Source of the DNA: Candidatus Aminicenantes bacterium
GTDB taxonomy: Bacteria > Acidobacteriota > Aminicenantia > UBA2199
DNA: 36,556 nt
Assembly: GCA_030612495.1 (NCBI GenBank)
Contig: JAUWNT010000002.1
Location: 1-36,556, forward strand
Direction of reading: 5' to 3'
Shown here piece after piece: positions 27,024-34,111 of the stretch. The translations under genes were made by a program, and so were the position numbers. The notes under the pieces are model-generated. The model did not search any database and was not told the origin of the DNA. It saw only the letters and a list, made by a program, of their open reading frames with translations. How positions within the stretch are numbered: the first letter of the stretch is position 1; every line of letters begins with the position of its first letter.

Positions 27024-28238
27024 ATGAAAAAAAAGTACTTAGTTTCTGTTCCAGAAGTTGTTAAATATCTTAAAAAAGGTCGAATGATTATTATTGTAGA
27101 TGATGAGGATAGAGAGAATGAGGGAGATCTAATGATAGCTTCTGAAAAGGTATCTCCTGAAGTAATTAATTTTATGGCAACTAATGCAAGGGGTTTAATA
27201 TGTGTCTCTTTGACAGAGGAAAGAGTTAATGAATTAGAGCTTCCTTTAATGGTTGATAAAAACACTTCAGCTTTTGAAACTCCTTTTACAGTTTCTGTTG
27301 ATGCAATAAAAAATACAACTACTGGAATATCTGCGTATGATAGGGCTGAAACAGTAAAATGTTTGATTAATCCTGATTCAAAACCTGATGATTTTGGAAG
27401 ACCTGGCCATATTTTCCCTTTAAGAGCAAAAAAGGGAGGGGCTCTTGTAAGAACAGGTCAGACTGAGGCTTCTCTTGATCTTGCGAAAATTGCTGGGTTA
27501 TATCCTTCTGGTGTTATTTGTGAAATAATGAAAGATGATGGAACAATGGCAAGAATGCCTGATTTAATTGAATTTTCGAGGGCATTTGATATACCAATAA
27601 TCACTGTTGAAGATGTTATAAAGTATAGAATTCAGAAAGAGACCCTTGTAGAAGAAATTGCCGAGGCAAATCTTCCTACTAAATGGGGTAATTTTAAGAT
27701 TAAAGGATTTGTTGATGCTATTAATAAAGAAACCCATGTTGCATTGATTCAGGGAGATTTGACAAGTGATGAACCTGTTCTTGTTAGAGTTCATTCGCAA
27801 TGTTTAACAGGAGACACATTCGGGTCATTGAAGTGTGATTGTGGGTCACAGCTTCATAAAGCAATGGAATTAATAACACAAGAGGGAAGAGGTGTTCTTT
27901 TATATTTATTAAATCAGGAAGGAAGAGGTATTGGCTTAATTGAAAAAATTAAAGCTTATAAGTTGCAGGAAAATGGAATGGACACTGTTGAGGCAAATTT
28001 AGAGCTTGGTTTTAAACCTGATCAGAGAGATTATGGAATAGGAGCTCAGATTTTAAGAAGTCTTGGCTTAAAAAAACTTAGGGTGATTACAAATAATCCT
28101 GCAAAATATATTGCTCTTTCTGGATATGGTCTTGAGATTGTAGATAGAGTTCCTCTTGAGATTGAACCAAATAAGGAAAACATAAGGTATTTGAGAACAA
28201 AGAAAGAGAGAATGGGGCATTTATTAAAAAAATTGTGA
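27024..28238 (+). CDS. ribBA: Bifunctional 3,4-dihydroxy-2-butanone-4-phosphate synthase / GTP cyclohydrolase II
   Basis: 404 aa. DHBP synthase motif DDEDRENEGDL and GCH-II zinc motif VHSQCLTGDTFGSLKCDCG. Confidence 0.95.
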   Translation: MKKKYLVSVPEVVKYLKKGRMIIIVDDEDRENEGDLMIASEKVSPEVINFMATNARGLICVSLTEERVNELELPLMVDKNTSAFETPFTVSVDAIKNTTTGISAYDRAETVKCLINPDSKPDDFGRPGHIFPLRAKKGGALVRTGQTEASLDLAKIAGLYPSGVICEIMKDDGTMARMPDLIEFSRAFDIPIITVEDVIKYRIQKETLVEEIAEANLPTKWGNFKIKGFVDAINKETHVALIQGDLTSDEPVLVRVHSQCLTGDTFGSLKCDCGSQLHKAMELITQEGRGVLLYLLNQEGRGIGLIEKIKAYKLQENGMDTVEANLELGFKPDQRDYGIGAQILRSLGLKKLRVITNNPAKYIALSGYGLEIVDRVPLEIEPNKENIRYLRTKKERMGHLLKKL

Positions 28239-28990
28239 TGCAGGATACTATTAGAGATTTTTTAGATTTAGCTACTTTTGATCAAATAAAATTTCTTAAA
28301 AGCAGGAGATTTACTGGATTAGCAAAAAAGGAGAAGATTGAATTTTTAAAATCGATTTTGAAATTGGATCTTTCTTCAAAAACAATTGCAACATCTTTAA
28401 GAACATTAAGAGAGTTAAAATACAGGGATAAATTCTATTTTAGAAAATTTTTATATCATTCTGACAGTTTTGTTTCTAATGCTGCAAAAAAAGCAGTTAG
28501 CGAGTCAGTTCAAAAAAGAGATAGTGGTGCTATAAAAATGATTGAAATGCTCAGAAAGGAAAAGAGTGAAGAAAGAGTGCTTCATTTAAGAACTCTCATT
28601 GAAAACACAAGGATAATGAATTTGAAAAAACTAATTGCTCTTCTGGATATTTATGATATTAAAATGAGAGAAATTATTGTAAATCACATTTCATCAAAAG
28701 GTAATGTGAAAGAATTAAAATTAGTAGAAGCAATAAAGGGTGGAGCTGTGTGGTTTAAAAGAGCAGCTTTAATTGAGATTTTAGGTAATAGAAAAAGTGA
28801 GCTTTTATATGATCTGGGGGAGTTTATTTTAAATGATAAAAATGTTGAGGTTAAATTGAATTTCATAAAAGCTCTTTCAAAATTGGATGGGGATAAGACT
28901 AAGATTTATTTAGAAAAGTTAAAGAATGATCCGAATATTTGGGTTAGCAAAAGAGCAAAACAAGCTTTAGAGAAAGGGGTCAGGTCTTGA
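28235..28990 (+). CDS. HEAT-repeat-like hypothetical protein
   Basis: 251 aa. Repeated helical units end in D/N-x-N/S-x-x-V-x-x-x-A-x-x-A-L-like motifs (SDSFVSNAAKKAVSE, NDKNVEVKLNFIKALSKL, NDPNIWVSKRAKQALEK). The GTG 28235 / ATG 28238 start overlaps the ribBA stop. The last four codons and the stop lie inside the palindromic repeat. Confidence 0.55.
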   Translation: MMQDTIRDFLDLATFDQIKFLKSRRFTGLAKKEKIEFLKSILKLDLSSKTIATSLRTLRELKYRDKFYFRKFLYHSDSFVSNAAKKAVSESVQKRDSGAIKMIEMLRKEKSEERVLHLRTLIENTRIMNLKKLIALLDIYDIKMREIIVNHISSKGNVKELKLVEAIKGGAVWFKRAALIEILGNRKSELLYDLGEFILNDKNVEVKLNFIKALSKLDGDKTKIYLEKLKNDPNIWVSKRAKQALEKGVRS

Positions 28991-29055
28991 CATTAGACAT
29001 TCGAGAAAATGTCAAAAAGGAATCCTTGGAATGTCTAATGTCAAGACCTGACCCC
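28976..29055. repeat. REPIN-like palindromic element, copy A (27-bp perfect inverted arms, 26-nt loop)
   Basis: The left arm GGGGTCAGGTCTTGACATTAGACATTC (28976-29002) is the exact reverse complement of the right arm (29029-29055). The outer 14 nt, GGGGTCAGGTCTTG, are shared with the copies at 35307 and 36337. Confidence 0.85.
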
Positions 29056-30576
29056 ATTGCATTTAAAAAAATCATATTATTTGTTTTATTTTTTTCTATT
29101 TTATTTTTTAATACATTTAGTCAAACTACAAGGAAATATTTAAAAACTGGAAATTGGTACCCTCATTCTAAATTTGATTTAAATTTAATGATTGAAAATT
29201 TTTTAGGAGAAACGAAATTAAAAGATTTTCCAGGGAGAATAAGGGGTATTATTGCTCCTCATGCAGGTTTTGCCTATTCAGGTAAATGTGCTTCAAAAGC
29301 ATATAAACAACTTGAAAATTTATCGAATATCCATAGAGTGATAATTTTAGGCATCTCTCACAGAGCCTATTTCTATGGGGCTTGTGTCTCTGATTTTTTA
29401 TATAATGCAACACCTCTTGGAAAAATTCCTGTTGATAGAGAGATAACAAAAAGATTGTCAAAGGAAAAATTTTTCAGAATTGATAGTAACATAATGCAGT
29501 ATGAACATTCTATTGAAAATCAGCTCCCTTTTTTACAAAAAGTTTTTAAAGAAAAAAAATTTAAAATCGTACCCATTCTTTTTGGGAAATTAAATATAGA
29601 AGATTTTAAATTAATATCAGATATAATCCGAAAGTATGTTGATAAAAAAACCATTGTTATTGCAAGTAGTGATTTTACACATTATGGTCAGGCATTTGAT
29701 TATATTCCATTTAAAAAGAATATTAAACAGAGATTAACAAAACTTGATATGGGAATTATAAATAGAATTCTGGATATGGATTTTAATGGTTATTTTAAAT
29801 ATAAACAAAGAACAGGTATTACTATGTGTGGATTTGTTCCTGTTGGTATTATGATGAAGATTTTTTCAGGGAAAAAGATAGAGAGTAAGTTGATGAGTTA
29901 TTACAAGTCAGGTGATGCTGAGAATAACTATAATCTAAGCGTGAGTTATGCCTCAATAATTTTTTTTGAAAAAAAGAGTGGATTAAAGGTCAATAAAGAA
30001 TCGTTTTTAAGTCTAAGTCTAAAGGAAAAGCAGGTATTGATATCAATAGCTCGTAAAACTCTTGAAATGTACTATAAAAAAAAGGATTATTTAACTAATA
30101 TTGACAAAAGATACAAATTAACAGGAAATCTACGAAAAAAAGCAGGAGTATTTGTAACTTTAAGAGAAAAAGGGGAATTAAGAGGATGTATTGGTTCTAT
30201 TATTGGAATAAAGCCTCTTTATCAAGGTGTAATGGAGAATGTTATAAATGCAGCATATAGAGACCCTCGTTTTGTTCCTGTAAAAAAGAAGGAACTGGAT
30301 ATTATTGACATTGAAATCTCTGTGATGACTCCTTTAAAGAGGCTCAGAGGTTATAGAAAAATTCGTCTTGGAATTGATGGAGTTATAATAAAAAAAGGAT
30401 ATAATCAAGCTGTTTATTTACCTCAGGTTGCAAAAGAAACAGGCTGGGATATTGATGAATTTTTAAGTCACCTTTGTAGAAAAGCTGGTCTTCGAAATAA
30501 TGAATATAAGTCAAAGGATGTTGAGTTTTATATTTTTCAGGCAATTGTTTTTAACGAAGCTGTAAATAAAAAATGA
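28987..30576 (+). CDS. Fusion protein: Memo-like (AmmeMemoRadiSam protein B) + AMMECR1 (protein A) with N-terminal hydrophobic signal/anchor
   Basis: 529 aa. The Memo half carries GIIAPHAGFAYSG, SSDFTHYG and ITMCG. The AMMECR1 half carries GVFVTLRE.GELRGCIGS and DPRF. Residues ~27-45, KKIILFVLFFSILFFNTFSQ, are strongly hydrophobic. Start candidates are TTG 28987 and ATG 29038, both inside the palindromic element. Confidence 0.85.
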   Translation: MTLDIRENVKKESLECLMSRPDPIAFKKIILFVLFFSILFFNTFSQTTRKYLKTGNWYPHSKFDLNLMIENFLGETKLKDFPGRIRGIIAPHAGFAYSGKCASKAYKQLENLSNIHRVIILGISHRAYFYGACVSDFLYNATPLGKIPVDREITKRLSKEKFFRIDSNIMQYEHSIENQLPFLQKVFKEKKFKIVPILFGKLNIEDFKLISDIIRKYVDKKTIVIASSDFTHYGQAFDYIPFKKNIKQRLTKLDMGIINRILDMDFNGYFKYKQRTGITMCGFVPVGIMMKIFSGKKIESKLMSYYKSGDAENNYNLSVSYASIIFFEKKSGLKVNKESFLSLSLKEKQVLISIARKTLEMYYKKKDYLTNIDKRYKLTGNLRKKAGVFVTLREKGELRGCIGSIIGIKPLYQGVMENVINAAYRDPRFVPVKKKELDIIDIEISVMTPLKRLRGYRKIRLGIDGVIIKKGYNQAVYLPQVAKETGWDIDEFLSHLCRKAGLRNNEYKSKDVEFYIFQAIVFNEAVNKK

Positions 30577-31688
30577 AAATAAATAGAAGGGAATTTATAA
30601 AAAAAGCAGCTGCTTCAGCAGCTATCTGTACACCCATTATGTTAATCGATCCATATATACTTTATCCAAGATCAAGTTCGAAACATATGAAAGAAGCAAA
30701 ATATTACGAAAAAAATGGTGATAAAGAGATAACATGCCTTTTATGTCCTCATGAATGTATTGTTGAAAATCATAAGAGAGGGATTTGCGGGGTGAGGGAG
30801 AACAAAGATGGAACTTATTACACGCTTGTTTATGCAAATCCTTGTGCAGCTCATATAGATCCAATAGAAAAAAAACCAATGTTTCACTATTATCCATCAA
30901 CTCAATCTTTTTCAATTGCAACTGCAGGCTGTAATTTTACATGCAGCTTCTGTCAGAATTGGGAAATGTCACAGAAAAGACCTGAAAAAATTAAGTCCAT
31001 CACGCTTTTACCATCAGGAGTAGTAAAATCAGCTAAAAGATATGATTGCAAAACAATAGCTCATACTTATACTGAACCTGTTATATTTTTTGAATATATG
31101 CTTGATTGTGCTATTGAAGGAAAAAAACATGGTGTGCCTAATGTTATGATCTCAAATGGATATATTCAGGAAAAGCCAATGAGGGAGCTTTGCAAATATC
31201 TGGGAGCAGTTAAGATTGATCTAAAAGCATTTTATGATAAATTCTATAAGGAAGTTTGCGGAGGGAGACTTAAACCAGTTATGGATACTTTACTTGTATT
31301 AAAAGATGAAGGAATCTGGTTTGAAATTGTAGTTCTTATTATTCCAACACTTAATGATAGTGCAAAGGAGATTGACAAAATGACAAAGTGGATCGTTAAG
31401 GAGTTAGGTGTTAATGTACCCCTTCATTTTTCTCGTTTTTATCCTACTTATAAGATGAAGAATATCCCTCCAACGCCCCCAAGTACTCTAAAAAAAGCAA
31501 GAAAGATTGCAATGGGAAATGGTATAAAGTTTGCTTATATAGGTAATATTATCTCTGATGCAGAGAATACATATTGTCCAGAATGCGGAAAATTATTAAT
31601 AGAAAGAATGAGATTAACAGCAAATATTGTTGGAATGAAAAAAAATAGATGTAAATACTGCGGAGAGATTATTCCAGGGGTTTTTTAA
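30573..31688 (+). CDS. AmmeMemoRadiSam system radical SAM enzyme with N-terminal twin-arginine-like leader
   Basis: 371 aa with radical SAM cluster motif GCNFTCSFCQNW, an upstream Cys-rich CLLCPHEC...GICGVR and DPIEKKP. The N-terminal ~38 aa, MKINRREFIKKAAASAAICTP, resemble a Tat signal. An ATGA overlap joins it to the upstream gene. An alternative internal ATG at 30687 would remove the leader. Confidence 0.9.
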   Translation: MKINRREFIKKAAASAAICTPIMLIDPYILYPRSSSKHMKEAKYYEKNGDKEITCLLCPHECIVENHKRGICGVRENKDGTYYTLVYANPCAAHIDPIEKKPMFHYYPSTQSFSIATAGCNFTCSFCQNWEMSQKRPEKIKSITLLPSGVVKSAKRYDCKTIAHTYTEPVIFFEYMLDCAIEGKKHGVPNVMISNGYIQEKPMRELCKYLGAVKIDLKAFYDKFYKEVCGGRLKPVMDTLLVLKDEGIWFEIVVLIIPTLNDSAKEIDKMTKWIVKELGVNVPLHFSRFYPTYKMKNIPPTPPSTLKKARKIAMGNGIKFAYIGNIISDAENTYCPECGKLLIERMRLTANIVGMKKNRCKYCGEIIPGVF

Positions 31689-32889
31689 TTAAAAAATATA
31701 AATTACCATTTTGATTAATATGACCTGCAATTAATTCGCTTTTTTTGCCATTTCCAGTAAATAGATCAACTCTTTTGGGTGTTCGGATCACTCCTCCTGA
31801 ATCCTGGTTTAGAACAAAGCTCTGAAATAATTTCCATTCTTTTACTTTGTCATTCTCATCAAATATAGGTAATCTGGTTTCAATATAACAAATAGTTCCT
31901 TTTGGAAACAGGTATCTATCAGTTGCAATGCTGCGAAATGGTGTTAGAGGAACTCCTATACTTCCTATTGGTCCTTCATCTACTTTTCTAAAAAAAATAT
32001 AACTTGGATTATAATTAAAAATTTCTTCCATTTGTTCAGGATGCTTTTCAATATAATTTCTGATGCTTTGCATTGAAACATTCTCTTTAGATAAGATACC
32101 TTTATCTATAAGTAGGCGCCCTATAGCTTGATAAGTATGACCATTAGTCTCAGCATAGTTTACTCTCAATGTTTCTCCTGTATCTAAATGAATAATGCCT
32201 GAGCCTTGAATTTGAAGAAAAAAAAGCTCAATCGCATTATCAACCCATACTATTTCCAGGTTCTTTTCAGCCAATTTTTTTTCAGAATCAATTTCTTTAC
32301 GAGTATAATAGGGTAAAATCAGATTGTCCTCAGAGAGTCTTCCCCTTAATATTTCAGGAAGTCCGTTATATTTATGATAAAATGGGAATTTGGAAAGATC
32401 AATGCGATATAAATCTTCAGGTTTTCTGTATAAGGGATATTTATAAATATCAGATTGGATAATAGAGCCTTTCAAATTTGCTTCGTAATAACCGGTATAT
32501 AATACTTTTTTTGCAGAACTTTTATAAAAAGTATAATTTTTTCTAATATATGTGAAGAATTTTTTTGTTAAACCAAGTTCTTTTAATTTTTTTTTAAAGT
32601 CTATTAGGCTGGTTTTTATATTTTTTGATGTAAATTTTTCTTTTCCAAAACTTATCAAAGTTTTAGGATCGATTTTATTCAGATATTCTAAACTAAAATC
32701 AATGGACCTAATAAGAGTATCTATCTCTGATCTATCATCTATATCTGGTGCGCTTACAATATGTAAACTGTTTTCACAAGTCCAGATAACAGGTTTCCTT
32801 TCATGAAGGAAGATAAAAAAAAGAGCACAAATCAAGATAATTAACAAAGGAATTGTTATATAAATATAAATACGTTTGATTTTTATCAT
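31669..32889 (-). CDS. mltA: Membrane-bound lytic murein transglycosylase A (MltA family)
   Basis: 406 aa with an N-terminal anchor. MltA motifs FFLQIQGSGII, AIGRLLIDKG and GVPLTPFRSIATD, and the 3D-domain end NQDSGGVIRTPKRVDLFTGNG. Its 3' end overlaps the convergent radical SAM gene by 20 nt. Confidence 0.88.
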   Translation of the reverse strand: MIKIKRIYIYITIPLLIILICALFFIFLHERKPVIWTCENSLHIVSAPDIDDRSEIDTLIRSIDFSLEYLNKIDPKTLISFGKEKFTSKNIKTSLIDFKKKLKELGLTKKFFTYIRKNYTFYKSSAKKVLYTGYYEANLKGSIIQSDIYKYPLYRKPEDLYRIDLSKFPFYHKYNGLPEILRGRLSEDNLILPYYTRKEIDSEKKLAEKNLEIVWVDNAIELFFLQIQGSGIIHLDTGETLRVNYAETNGHTYQAIGRLLIDKGILSKENVSMQSIRNYIEKHPEQMEEIFNYNPSYIFFRKVDEGPIGSIGVPLTPFRSIATDRYLFPKGTICYIETRLPIFDENDKVKEWKLFQSFVLNQDSGGVIRTPKRVDLFTGNGKKSELIAGHINQNGNLYFLIKKPLE

Positions 32890-33143
32890 TTTTTTATTTT
32901 ATTAATAATTCACATTTATGTCAAAATAATAAAAAAATAAGAATGAAATAGTTTTTTATTGAAAAAAGTATTGTAATTTTGTATAACTCAGTAATATAAG
33001 CATTTAATACATTATTTAAATGTAAAATAAAAATAGAAGGTGTGATATTAAAGGGAAATATGTATTAGTAAATTTTGTTCTTATTTATTGTTTTTCTGTT
33101 TTTTTGTCTGCGAGTCTGATTGATGGCTACGAATGGCATCTTT

Positions 33144-33982
33144 GGGGACGGTGCTTGAGTTTTTGAGTTTATTCATTTATCTTTTAACATACGTTTTTTT
33201 GCATCTTTATAGGTTCTACCAAGAGAATGAAGTTTTATATCACTAAAAATTGCAAATTTGATTATTTCATTATACTTAAGTCCAGCTTTTTCCTTTAAGT
33301 AAACCAATAAATTCCCTCTTAGGCGTTTACCGTAATATGTTGTGGTATCAAGATTATCAGCTTCTATATTGTGTATTTTTTTAAATTCATAAAACACTTT
33401 TTCAACCGGATCAAAATCGAAATCATCTATCCGTTTTGATTCAAGGCTTCTTTTTGGGGATTTCCTTCTATTAAAATTTTCTATAGCTTTAATTGTAAAT
33501 TCCTTACCTCCTATAATTTTTCCCATTCTTGTTTGTATGGTTGGTAACTCTTTAATATTCAAACTACTTGTGAAATTAAAAAGGTTTAAAGAAGTACCAA
33601 ACATCTCCTCTACAAAACTTACATCAACTATTTCTGAAAGCTCTTTTGTAAAATATAGATTTGCACTAGACCATTTATAATTTAAAAAATTATTCACCAA
33701 CCCTGCTCGTACAGGATTATTCAACACATATCCAATAACCATCAATAAATATGAATCATCCTGAATCAACATCGATTTGTACCTATCCTGAAATACATAT
33801 CCCCTGCCTTTGTTCTTCTGCCTGTAATAACTTCCAAATTGGCCGTTAAGTTGCCTGAAAAAATACATTTACCCTCATGCCCTCTATTCATAGCATGATG
33901 ATAAGCTCCCTTATAAGTTATCCTTGCTCTTCTCATAAAACAACCATATCATAATAAACTCAAGATTTCAAGGACCGTCCCC
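33144..33982 (-). mobile_element. Decayed IS200/RAYT-like Y1-transposase unit bounded by 27-nt imperfect inverted repeats
   Basis: GGGGACGGTGCTTGAGTTTTTGAGTTT (33144-33170) compares with the reverse complement of 33956-33982, GGGGACGGTCCTTGAAATCTTGAGTTT. The two match at most positions and bracket the transposase remnant. Confidence 0.6.
33173..33936 (-). pseudogene. IS200-like / REP-associated tyrosine transposase (Y1, COG1943-type) pseudogene: frameshift plus internal deletion of the HUH region
   Basis: The 231-aa ORF (33173-33868) starts at ...GRGYVFQDRYKS (catalytic Tyr region) and NPVRAGLV, and ends with a DnaA-C-like HTH tail. An upstream fragment in another frame (ATG at 33936) reads MRRARITYKGAYHHAMNRGHEGKCIF, the family N-terminus. 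The expected ~45-aa block with the hydrophobic-NH-x-H-LL HUH motif between them is absent. Confidence 0.65.
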
Positions 33983-34013
33983 CGTAGATTTTTCAATAAA
34001 TTTTTTTTGTATA

Positions 34014-34041
34014 TTGACTTTAAAAGCTTTTGAGTTATACT
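34014..34041 (+). promoter_or_regulatory. Candidate sigma-70 promoter TTGACT-16 nt-TATACT upstream of sat
   Basis: TTGACT at 34014-34019 and TATACT at 34036-34041, about 70 nt upstream of the sat ATG. AAGGAG lies 8 nt before the ATG. Confidence 0.4.
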
Positions 34042-34111
34042 CATATTTAATTCATGGGGTTGCTTTTTTAAAGCATCTTACTCAGAAAAAGAATAAAAAA
34101 GGAGACTTTTA

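Noticed and set aside
32890-33143. A 250-nt AT-rich non-coding gap upstream of mltA, examined for an sRNA, riboswitch or tRNA. It contains a TTGAAA-17-TATAAC promoter-like match and a CATTTAA...TTAAATG hairpin.
   Set aside because: It has no GC-supported structure, no terminator and no conserved-looking core. The promoter-like hexamers point into the antisense of the transposase remnant and are likely chance matches.
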